From an uncultured delta proteobacterium (GTDB lineage: Bacteria; Myxococcota_A; Polyangia; Polyangiales; B10-G4), in NCBI GenBank assembly GCA_963727445.1, contig CAVSGI010000020.1:544001-608000 (forward strand): a stretch of 64,000 nucleotides of DNA, written 5' to 3'. This document shows, piece by piece, positions 23,426 through 32,751 of the stretch (position 1 is the stretch's first letter; each line of letters begins with the position of its first letter). A program made the translations under genes and the position numbers. The notes under the pieces were generated by a model, which saw nothing but the letters and a program-made list of their open reading frames with translations, ran no database searches and was not told the origin of the DNA.

Positions 23426-23941
23426 TTAGAAGAGCGTGACCGGGCCGAGGGTTTCGACGGTGGCGAGCTGGCGGCGGTCCGACTCGAGGCGCGCGGCCTG
23501 GAAGACGCGCGCGGCGGCGTAGGCGGCGAGGATGAGCGCGAACGCGACCCCGAGGCCCAGAGCGGCGCCGGAGAACCAGTGCTCGGTGGCGTAACGCTGG
23601 ACGATGGCGCCCACCACCGCGGAGAGGGTGACCACCACCCAGAAAGGGGCGACGTGATGGCTGATGGCGCGCCGGGTGGCGCGGACGCGGACGATATCGA
23701 GGGCCGCGCGGCTGACGGCGATGAGGGTGGTGATGCTGAGGACGCTGTACAGGAGAAGGGCCAGGCCGATGGTGGGCAGAGTCCAGCCGCCGGGCGGCGT
23801 GAAGCTCGTGCCGAAGGTGGTGACCATGAGCCAGCCCACGTAGAAGGCGAGCAGGGCGAGGGCCCTCAGGCCATGGCGGCGGGCGACGGCGATACTGGGG
23901 AGGAGGTCCTGGGCGCGCATACGTACGCGGTCGAAAAGCAT
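23426..23941 (-). CDS. Hypothetical membrane protein (about 4 TM)
   Basis: Four hydrophobic stretches; fills the gap co-directionally. Confidence 0.6.
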   Translation of the reverse strand: MLFDRVRMRAQDLLPSIAVARRHGLRALALLAFYVGWLMVTTFGTSFTPPGGWTLPTIGLALLLYSVLSITTLIAVSRAALDIVRVRATRRAISHHVAPFWVVVTLSAVVGAIVQRYATEHWFSGAALGLGVAFALILAAYAAARVFQAARLESDRRQLATVETLGPVTLF

Positions 23942-24008
23942 CGTGTGTGCCAGGGTAGTTTCGACCGGAATCGCTCGGCAATTTTTCGGCTGTCCCGTGA
24001 ACCGGGGT

Positions 24009-25196
24009 TCATGGCGCGACCTCCACTTTACGATCCGGGGGCTTCTGGGCCCCGTCCAGGCGACGGGCGACCACGCGGTTTCTTCCCGCCTCCTTGGCTT
24101 CGTAAAGGGCCGCGTCGGCCGCCTTCACCAGGGCCGCGGGTGCGTCGTCCATGCCCGGGATGGTCGTGGCGACCCCGATGCTGATCGTGACGTGCGAGGC
24201 GGTGGCGGAGCCGTCGTGTGGGATCGCGATCTCCGACACCTTCTTCCGCAGGCGCTCGGCCGTCTGCGTCGCGTCCTCGAGGTCGGTCTCGCCGAGCACC
24301 ACCACGAACTCCTCTCCCCCATAGCGTGCCACGTGATCGGTCGCGCGCTGCAGCCCCGCAGCGAGGGTCTCGGCCACGGCCTTGAGGCAATCGTCGCCGG
24401 CGAGATGTCCGTAGCTGTCGTTGTACTTCTTGAAGTGATCGATGTCGCTCATCAACACCGAGATCGGCGCCTCGGTACGCGTCGCGCGTCGCCACTCGCG
24501 CTCGTACATCTCCTCGAACTGTCGACGGTTCGGGATCTGCGTCAGACCGTCGAGGCGGACCAACTCTTCGAGCAGCCGCGTCTGCTCGGCCAGCTCCGCG
24601 CTCACCGCCTCCGCTTTGGCGGCGAGGACTTGATTCTCGAAGCGAGCGGACAAGGCATCGGTGGAGGTCTGGCGCATGGTGGCGCTGATGCGCAGGATGA
24701 GCGTGAGGTAGATCAGGGTGAGGGCGCCGATCAGCACGTGCACGGAAGTGCCCTCGAGGAAGAAGCGCGCCGACAGAGGGAGGAGGAGGATCACGGCGAA
24801 GGGGATCGAGGCGGCGCGCACCGGGCTGTAGGCGCTGGTGCCCGCGGCGCTGATCGCGACGATCGTCATCGGGAGCAGCAGCTGATGAAGGGGCGAGGCC
24901 GGCCAAAGGACGAGGACACCCACGGCCCAAGCGAGCGCCGTGACCCAGATCAGCCCGAGGTTCACCCGGCTCCAGCGCTCGACCCGGTCGCCCCTTCTGT
25001 TCACCGCGACGGGGAGCAGGAGCCGGCCGAGCTGCAGCGCCAGAACCCCTCCGAGCCACAGCCAGAGTGGATTGGAGGGGACCTCGCCGTAGAGGCCGGC
25101 TGCCGCGAAGATGGCGGCGAGGGAGGAGCCGACCGCGCCGGTCCCACCCTGCTCGATGATCAGGCGCGCCTGTGCCTCCCGCACCTTGCGCTCCAC
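24009..25196 (-). CDS. Membrane diguanylate cyclase (GGDEF); start uncertain
   Basis: Multi-TM N-terminus; DGLT, DIDHFKKYND, RATD I-site, RYGGEEF. Confidence 0.92.
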   Translation of the reverse strand: MERKVREAQARLIIEQGGTGAVGSSLAAIFAAAGLYGEVPSNPLWLWLGGVLALQLGRLLLPVAVNRRGDRVERWSRVNLGLIWVTALAWAVGVLVLWPASPLHQLLLPMTIVAISAAGTSAYSPVRAASIPFAVILLLPLSARFFLEGTSVHVLIGALTLIYLTLILRISATMRQTSTDALSARFENQVLAAKAEAVSAELAEQTRLLEELVRLDGLTQIPNRRQFEEMYEREWRRATRTEAPISVLMSDIDHFKKYNDSYGHLAGDDCLKAVAETLAAGLQRATDHVARYGGEEFVVVLGETDLEDATQTAERLRKKVSEIAIPHDGSATASHVTISIGVATTIPGMDDAPAALVKAADAALYEAKEAGRNRVVARRLDGAQKPPDRKVEVAP

Positions 25197-25340
25197 CTCG
25201 ATTCTGACTTCCGTCGCTGAGGCGCTTCTTCAGCTCGCTTTCAGTGGCTGGCACGGGGCACCGGCATCCTCGCCCGCCCCGTGGGCTTTGCCAATCACTC
25301 TCGTTGCAAGGAGACGAGGGCCGTGCTTCGCTTCCGCGCC

Positions 25341-26255
25341 GTGGAAGACGTCAAAGCGCGCATCGAGGTCCTGATTCGGAGCTCGGAGGTGGTTCTCTTC
25401 ATGAAGGGCACCCGCGGGTCACCCAAATGCGGCTTCTCCGCGTCGGTGGTCGACATCCTCGACGACTACCTCGACGAGTACCTGACGGTGGACGTGCTCT
25501 CGGACGAGGCGATCCGGCAGGGGATCAAGGACTACTCGAGCTGGCCCACGATCCCGCAGCTCTTCGTGAAGGGGGAGTTGGTGGGCGGCTCGGACATCGT
25601 GCGCGAGCTCAAGCAGAGCGGGGAGCTGAAAGAGGTGTTGGGGCGCGCCGCGCTTCCGTTCACGACCCCCGAGATCGTCGTCACCGACGATGCCATCGAC
25701 GCCCTCTGCGAGTATTGGGACGGCGACGGAACGCCCGTGGTGCGCCTCGAGATCGATCGCGCGTTTCATTACGGCATCGCTTTCGGGGAGCCCCAGGATG
25801 ACGACCTGGTGCTGTCGGATCCGCGTTTCACGCTGTTGATGGACAAGAGCACCGCGCGTCGCGCCGACGGGATGACCATCGACTACTTGAAGACGGCCGA
25901 GGCGAGCGGCTTCAAGATCGACAACCCGAACGAGCCGCCGCGGGTGCGTCAGCTCTCGGCCAAGGAGCTCTCCGGCATGCTCGCGCAGAACAAGCCGCTC
26001 GAGCTCTTCGACGTCCGGACGCCCGGGGAGCGTGCCACCGCCGACATCGGCGGGACCCTGCTGAACGAGGCGGGGCGGGCGCGCCTCGAGTCCCTCGAGC
26101 GCGAGACGGCGCTCGCCTTCTACTGTCATCACGGCGTGCGCAGTCAGGCCGCCGCCGAGCACGCGCTTCGCATGGGGTTTCGCGAGGTGTACAACCTGGC
26201 CGGGGGGATCGACGCCTGGTCTTTGGAGGTGGACCCCCAGGTCCCACGGTACTGA
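25341..26255 (+). CDS. Monothiol glutaredoxin (Grx4) - HesB/IscA-like - rhodanese fusion
   Basis: FMKG...PKCGFS, WPTIPQLF, GGSDI; middle domain ending GFKIDNPN; DVRT...YCHHGVRS...LAGGIDAW. Confidence 0.9.
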   Translation: MEDVKARIEVLIRSSEVVLFMKGTRGSPKCGFSASVVDILDDYLDEYLTVDVLSDEAIRQGIKDYSSWPTIPQLFVKGELVGGSDIVRELKQSGELKEVLGRAALPFTTPEIVVTDDAIDALCEYWDGDGTPVVRLEIDRAFHYGIAFGEPQDDDLVLSDPRFTLLMDKSTARRADGMTIDYLKTAEASGFKIDNPNEPPRVRQLSAKELSGMLAQNKPLELFDVRTPGERATADIGGTLLNEAGRARLESLERETALAFYCHHGVRSQAAAEHALRMGFREVYNLAGGIDAWSLEVDPQVPRY

Positions 26256-26258
26256 CGC

Positions 26259-26885
26259 ATGAACGACCCCAATCAGCCCGCTCCTGGTTTTGGCGCGCCT
26301 CCCGGCGCGCCCCCCGGTTCCGCTCCCGCCGCCCCGCCCAAGAAGAAGAGCCGGGTGCTCCTCTTCGTGGGCGTCGGGTGCCTCAGCTTGATCACCATGT
26401 GCTGCTGCACCGGCGGCGGGTTGGCCTGGTGGCGGACCAACGATGTCGACAAGTCGGCGCGACATCATGCGGAGTACTTTCTCAGCAACGTCCAGAGCCA
26501 CGAATGGGATCAGGCCCTCGCTTCGTCGGAGTACATGGGGGACACCGCGCTCTACAGCTCCGCGCAGATGCAAAGCTGTTTCATGGATACGCCGCTGGGC
26601 AACATGAGCTCCTATTTTTGCAGCGACGCCGACGGCGCGCTCTGGGACGACGATCGCGACGTCACCTGTACTGTCCAGACGTTCGGGCAGGGCCCGCAGG
26701 AGATCACCATCCACGTGAACTCCGCGGACGGGGCGTTCCCCTACCTCGGCTTCGTGTGGTTCTCTCCCACCGCCACCTTCGGCACCGAGTGGTCCAGCGA
26801 CAACTGCGCCCGCTGGTCTGGCCGCGACTACTTCGACGAGCCGCCGGCGAATCGCGTCCGACCCCAGGCCATGCCCACCTTCTGA
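26259..26885 (+). CDS. Hypothetical single-pass membrane protein
   Basis: Pro-rich N-terminus, KKKSR, TM with CCC, Cys-containing external domain. Confidence 0.65.
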   Translation: MNDPNQPAPGFGAPPGAPPGSAPAAPPKKKSRVLLFVGVGCLSLITMCCCTGGGLAWWRTNDVDKSARHHAEYFLSNVQSHEWDQALASSEYMGDTALYSSAQMQSCFMDTPLGNMSSYFCSDADGALWDDDRDVTCTVQTFGQGPQEITIHVNSADGAFPYLGFVWFSPTATFGTEWSSDNCARWSGRDYFDEPPANRVRPQAMPTF

Positions 26886-26897
26886 CGTGCCCACCCA

Positions 26898-26948
26898 TTG
26901 ACGCCAGCGCAGGAAGGCGTCATATTCGCTCATCCGGATGCACGGATG
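26898..26948 (+). promoter_or_regulatory. Sigma70 promoter plus palindromic operator overlapping the start codon
   Basis: TTGACG 26898-26903, 17 bp, CATATT 26921-26926; ATTCG-CT-CATCCGGATG-CA-CGGAT 26924-26947. Confidence 0.7.
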
Positions 26949-27881
26949 TCAGCGCTAGACCTCGGGCAAAGTGGCAGTCTTCTCTCGCTTTTCAGCGATG
27001 CGACCCGGGTGCGTCTCCTCGGGCTCCTGGAGCAGGACGAGCTGACCGTGGCCGAGCTCGTGGCGATCACCGAGCTGAGTCAATCGCGGGTCTCGACGCA
27101 TCTGGGCAAGCTCCGGGAGGCGGGGCTGCTTCGGGACCGGCGGGCGGGTTCCTCGACGTACTACCGAATCGCGGCGTCGATGCCCGATGAGGCGAAGCGG
27201 GTGTGGGCGCTGGTGAAGGAGCAGCTCGACGACCCGCTGATGAAGGCCGACGCCGGACGAAAGCAGAAGGTTCTCGCGGCGCGCGAGGGCGCGGGGTGGC
27301 CCGATCGGATCGCCGGGCAGATGGAGCGGCACTACTCGCCTGGGCGCACCTGGGAGTCGCTCTCCCGCGCGTTTCTCACGCTCCTCGACCTCGGGGACGT
27401 CCTCGACGTGGGCGCGGGCGACGGAACGGTCGCGCAGCTCCTCGCGCCGCGCGCGCGCACTGTCACGTGCATCGACAAGAGCGAACGCCTGGTGAGCGCG
27501 GCGCGGGACCGCCTCGCCGCTCATCCCAACGTCAGGGTCGAGCGTGGTGACATGCATGCGCTGCCCTTCGACGCGGAGAGCTTCGACCTGGCGCTCCTCG
27601 GCAACGTCCTCGCCTTCAGCGAGCATCCGGCGGACGTGATCGCGGAAGCTGCGCGGGTGCTGCGCCCCGGCGGCCAGCTCCTCGTGACCACCCTCGCGCC
27701 CCACCAGCATGGCGCGGTCACCGAGGGCTACGGCCACGTGAACGACGGGATCAGCCCCGAGGCGCTGCGCGAGGCGCTGGCCGCCGCTGGGCTGGTGGTG
27801 GAGCTGTCCGAAGTGACTTCGCGCGAGCGCAAGAAACCCCATTTCCACGTGGTCACCGCCCTCGGGCGGCGACCGCGGTAG
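26946..27881 (+). CDS. ArsR HTH + methyltransferase-domain regulator (SahR/SamR type)
   Basis: DATRVRLL...LTVAEL...SQSRVSTHL; ERHYSPGRTW; LDVGAGDG; directly upstream of metH. Confidence 0.88.
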   Translation: MSALDLGQSGSLLSLFSDATRVRLLGLLEQDELTVAELVAITELSQSRVSTHLGKLREAGLLRDRRAGSSTYYRIAASMPDEAKRVWALVKEQLDDPLMKADAGRKQKVLAAREGAGWPDRIAGQMERHYSPGRTWESLSRAFLTLLDLGDVLDVGAGDGTVAQLLAPRARTVTCIDKSERLVSAARDRLAAHPNVRVERGDMHALPFDAESFDLALLGNVLAFSEHPADVIAEAARVLRPGGQLLVTTLAPHQHGAVTEGYGHVNDGISPEALREALAAAGLVVELSEVTSRERKKPHFHVVTALGRRPR

Positions 27882-27902
27882 AGCCGACGACGAGAGAACG
27901 CC

Positions 27903-30900
27903 ATGAACGACGTCAAAAAGACCATCGAGAGCCTGCTCCAACAGCGGATCATGATCCTGGACGGAGCGATGGGCACCTCCATCCAGAAGTACGGCCTGAG
28001 CGAGTCCGACTATCGAGGGGAGCGTTTCGCGAGCCACCCCCACGACGTGCAGGGCAACAACGACCTGCTCTGCCTCACGAAGCCGGACGTGATCCGCGCG
28101 ATCCACGCACAGTTCCTGGAGGCCGGCGCGGACATCATCGAGACCAACACATTCAACTCGACCTCGATCGTCCAAGCGGACTACCACCTCGAGCCGATCG
28201 CCTACGACCTGAACGTCGCGGCCGCGCGCCTGGCGCGACAGAGCGCCGACGAGTTCAGCGATCGCAATCCGGACAAGCGGCGATTCGTCGCCGGAGCCAT
28301 CGGTCCGCTCAACAAGACACTGAGCCTGAGCCCCGACGTGAACGATCCCGCCTTCCGCGCGGTGACCTTCGACGAGGTGCGCAAGGCCTACGCCGAGCAG
28401 GTGCGCGGCTTGATGGATGGGGGCTCGGACCTCCTGTTGGTGGAGACGATCTTCGACACGCTCAACGCCAAAGCCGCGCTGGTCGCCATCGAGGACGTCT
28501 TCGCCGAAAAGAGCACGCGCCTGCCGATCATGATCTCGGTCACCATCACCGACCGGAGCGGGCGCACCCTGTCGGGGCAGACGATCGAAGCCTTCTGGGC
28601 ATCGGTGGAGCATGCCCGGCCGCTCCTGGTCGGCGTGAACTGCGCTCTCGGTGCGCGTGAGATGCGCCCCTACGTCGAGGCCCTGGCCGAGATCTCTCCG
28701 TCCTACATCCACTGCTACCCGAACGCCGGTCTGCCCAACGCCATGGGCGAGTACGACGAGACGCCCCAGACCACCGGTGCATTGGTGAAGGACCTCGCCG
28801 AGGCCGGCTTCGTGAACGTGCTCGGTGGGTGCTGCGGCACCACCCCGGAGCACATCGAGGCGATCGCGAAGGCGGTCGCCGAGCTACCGCCGCGGGCGCT
28901 GCCCGAGTCGCTTCCGGACTTCCCGACCTTCAGCGGTCTCGAGGCGCTGACGATTCGCCCCGATTCGAACTTCACCATGGTCGGCGAGCGAACCAACGTC
29001 ACCGGCTCGCGGAAGTTCATGCGCCTGATCAAGGAAGGCGACTTCAACACCGCCCTCGAGGTGGCGCTCGATCAGGTGCGCGGCGGCGCCAACATCATCG
29101 ACGTCAACATGGACGAGGGGATGCTCGAGTCCGAAAAGGCGATGCGGCGTTTCTTGAACCTGATCGCCAGCGAGCCCGAGATCGCGCGAGTTCCGGTGAT
29201 GGTGGACAGCTCGAAGTGGAGCGTCATCGAGGCGGGGCTCGAAGTGTCTCCAGGGCAAGGGCATCGTCAACTCGATCAGCCTGAAGGAGGGCGAGGAGGA
29301 CTTCCTCGAAAAGGCGCGCACCGCGCGGCGTCTTCGGCGCCGCGGTGGTCGTGATGGCCTTCGACGAGCAGGGCCAGGCCGAGACCGTCGAGCGCAAGGT
29401 CGAGATCTGCCAGCGGGCCTACCGCCTGCTCACCGAGAAGGCGGGCTTCGTCGGCCGACGACATCATCTTCGACCCCAACATCCTGGCGATCGCCACCGG
29501 GATCGAGGAGCACGACGAGTACGCGAAGGACTTCATCGAGGCCACGCGATTGATCAAGGAGACATGCCCGGGCGCGCAGATAACCGGCGGCGTCAGCAAC
29601 CTGTCCTTCTCCTTCCGCGGCAACGACCGGGTGCGCGAGGCGATGCACGCGGCCTTCCTCTATCACGCCATCGCGGCGGGGATGGACATGGGCATCGTCA
29701 ACGCCGGTCAGCTCGAGGTCTACGAGGAGATCCCCGAAGAGCTCCGCGAGCACGTGGAGGACGTGATCCTCGACCGCCGCGCGCGACGCGACCGAGCGGC
29801 TGGTCGACCTCGCGGAGCGCTACAAGGGCGCCGGAAAGAAACGGGAGATCGATCTCTCCTGGCGCGAGACCTCGGTGGAGAAGCGCCTCGCTCACGCCCT
29901 GGTCAAGGGCATCGTCGACTTCATCGAGGAGGACACCGAGGAGGCGCGGCAGAAGTTGGGCCGTCCCGCTCGAGGTGATCGAAGGGCCGCTGATGGCCGG
30001 GATGAGCATCGTCGGCGACCTCTTCGGCGCGGGGAAGATGTTCCTGCCGCAGGTGGTGAAGAGCGCGCGCGTCATGAAGCGGGCGGTCGCCTACCTGACG
30101 CCGTTCATGGAGGAGGAGCAGAAGGCACGGCGAGGTCCGCAAGCAGGGCAAGGTGCTGATGGCCACCGTGAAAGGCGACGTTCACGACATCGGCAAGAAC
30201 ATCGTGGGGGTGGTGCTGCGGATGCAACAACTACGAGGTCATCGACCTCGGGGTCATGGTGCCTTCCGAGAAGATCCTCGAGGTGGCGAAGGAGCGCGAC
30301 GTGGACGTGATCGGCCTCTCAGGCCTGATCACGCCGTCGCTCGACGAGATGGTGCACGTCGGCCGCGAGATGAAGCGTCAGGGCTTCGAGGTGCCGCTGC
30401 TTGATCGGCGGCGCGACCACCAGCCGCCAGCACACGGCCGTCAAGATCGCGCCGGCCTACGACTCGCCGGTGGTGCACGTGCACGACGCCTCGCGCGCGG
30501 TGGGTGTCGTCTCCGACCTCCTCGGGGAGGGACGCGCTGCCCTGGACCAGAAGAACCGCGAAGAGCAGGCCAAGCTGGTGCGCCTCTTCGAGGCGAAGCG
30601 CGACAAGCCCATCCTTCCAATCGAGACCGCCCGCGAGAACGGGGCACGGCTGAAGTTCGGCACCGACGAAGTCGCCACCCCTTCTTTCCTCGGCAGGCGC
30701 GTGGTCGACGACGTGAGCCTCGAAGAGATCGCGCGCTACATCGACTGGACGTTCTTCTTCCACGCATGGGAGCTGCGCGGAAAGTTCCCGGAGATCCTCT
30801 CGCACCCGGAGCGCGGTAGCGCCGCCAGGGAGCTCTACGAAGCCGCTCAGTCCCTCCTCGAGGAGATTGTGAAGGCGGCGGCGATCTCGCCGCGGGCGGT

Positions 30901-31579
30901 CTACGGGTTCTGGGCCGCGCGCTCCGAAGGAGACGACGTGGTGCTTCTCGACGGAGACGCCGTGCGGACACGCTTCCCCATGCTCCGGCAGCAGGCGGTG
31001 AAAGCGGCGGACGCGCCCTACCAGTGCCTCGCCGACTTCGTCGCTCCGGCCGGCGCGGGCGTCGTCGACCACGTGGGCGCGTTCGCCGTGAGCGCCGGGC
31101 ACGGCGTCGCCGAGCTGGTGGAGCGCTACGAAAAGGAACACGACGACTACCACGCCATCATGGTCAAGGCGCTCGCCGACCGCCTCGCCGAGGCCCTGGC
31201 CGAGCTCCTCCACGAGCGTGCGCGCAAGGACTGGGGCTACGGCGCCAGCGAGGATCTGACGAGCCAAGAGCTGATCGCCGAGAAGTACCGCGGCATCCGC
31301 CCGGCCTTCGGATATCCGGCGTGCCCCGATCACAGCCTCAAGACGCGGCTCTTCTCCCTGCTCGGCGCCGAAGAGGTCGGCATCGAGCTCACCGAGAGCT
31401 TCGCCATGATGCCGGCTGCAAGCGTGAGCGGCATGTACTTCGCCCATCCCGAGAGCCGTTACTTCATGGTTGGCCGGGTCGGGCGCGACCAGGTGGAGGA
31501 CTACGCCGGGCGGCTCGGTGTCGACCTCGCGACGGCGGAGCGATACCTGGCGCCGAACTTGTCCTACGATCCCGACTGA
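27903..31579 (+). CDS. metH: Cobalamin-dependent methionine synthase (eight +1 frameshifts in 29240-30400)
   Basis: LDGAMGT, NCALG, GGCCGT, GERTN, DINMDE-like [34 protein letters not shown]. Confidence 0.95.
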
Positions 31580-32275
31580 GTGCTCTTCGAGTGGGACGAG
31601 CGAGGCATCCGATTCGTGGCGGCAGAGTCTCTGCCGCCGCGGACAGAGACCGTCTCCCTCTCGGGCCAGACCATCTACCGCGTCCCCTGGGAGCAGGTCG
31701 AAGCGCTCGAGCCCGTCGATCCCTGGCCGGCCCTTCGCATCGCCTGGGACGGCGCGAGTGAGGTGCTGTCGCCGGACGATTGGGACGAGGAACGCGACTT
31801 CGCCGTGCGCGTCGCCGCGCTGGTCGACGAGGCGCGCCGCCGCGCGCCGGGCGCGGCGTCGTCCGGGTGGCTGGCGGCGCCCCAGCTCGACTGGGAGCGG
31901 GTGAAGTACATGCCCGGCGAGACCCCTTCGCCGCGTGAGCAGGGGGCCTACCGCAGTCAGGAGCTGGCGCCACCAGGCGTGGTGATGGTGGCGCATCGTC
32001 CGCCGCTGACGGTGATGCGTGCCTTCCTCGACTGGCTCTCGTCGACGACCGCCTTTCCTTTTCGCGAGCAGCCCCTCGAGGTCGCGCTCACCGAAGACGA
32101 GGTCTACGCGCGATTTCGAGGCAACTGGGTCGGCCGCCTGCCGCGCGCGGCCCTCCGCACGCGCCTCGTTCAGCGTGCGGGCGCGACCTACGTCTTCGGC
32201 CGCGCCGCCCGCCTGCTGTTGCCCGCGACGCCGGCGAACGAGAGCATCGCCCGCGAGCTCGACGCCCAACTCTAG
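31580..32275 (+). CDS. Hypothetical protein
   Basis: 231-aa ORF abutting the metH stop; no motif recognised. Confidence 0.55.
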   Translation: MLFEWDERGIRFVAAESLPPRTETVSLSGQTIYRVPWEQVEALEPVDPWPALRIAWDGASEVLSPDDWDEERDFAVRVAALVDEARRRAPGAASSGWLAAPQLDWERVKYMPGETPSPREQGAYRSQELAPPGVVMVAHRPPLTVMRAFLDWLSSTTAFPFREQPLEVALTEDEVYARFRGNWVGRLPRAALRTRLVQRAGATYVFGRAARLLLPATPANESIARELDAQL

Positions 32276-32355
32276 CTCTACTCGATTAGGGTGGCGGCGG
32301 ATGATCGCGCCGAGCAGGGGTTTTCGAGCAACCCGAGGCCCTCCGGTCACTGGTG

Positions 32356-32461
32356 GCGCTTTTTTCGGTCCGGCTTCTCCCGACGATGGGCAGTGAATGG
32401 TGTCTCGTCTGCCCACAAACCGAGGCGGCGCAAGGTCGGGAGAAGCCGGCCGAAAGGACGC
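32356..32461. other. Long intergenic inverted repeat (REP/MITE-like or structured RNA)
   Basis: CCGGCTTCTCCCGAC 32370-32384 pairs with GTCGGGAGAAGCCGG 32435-32449; inner TGGGCAG/CTGCCCA. Confidence 0.6.
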
Positions 32462-32751
32462 AGATGCCCCAGCAGGCCAAGCCAACTCGAATAGGAGGAG
32501 TGAGCGCCTCGGTCGTTGATGCGGAGCCCCTCGAGTCCGCATGCGCGTGTGTGCCCGAGGGTCGCGAGCGGTGCAAGGGTGTTCGTCAGATGAGCGTCGA
32601 AAAAAGATTCCTTCACCCCGAACGGGGACGTGTCGTCACTGAGTGCGCGTTCGGAAAACGCGCGTCGTTTCGATCACCTGGCGCGAACGGACTCGGTTCG
32701 TATCGGTACCGATCCTCGTGCGTTCGCGATGGCGAATTCGAATTTCGCGCG

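Noticed and set aside
27903..31579. metH pseudogene or programmed frameshifting
   Set aside because: No slippery sequences seen; insertions sit mostly at synonymous wobble positions and all motifs are intact, so an assembly artefact is more parsimonious
32351..32380. Possible tRNA/tmRNA 3' end (GCCACCA on the minus strand)
   Set aside because: No T-loop or cloverleaf upstream of it
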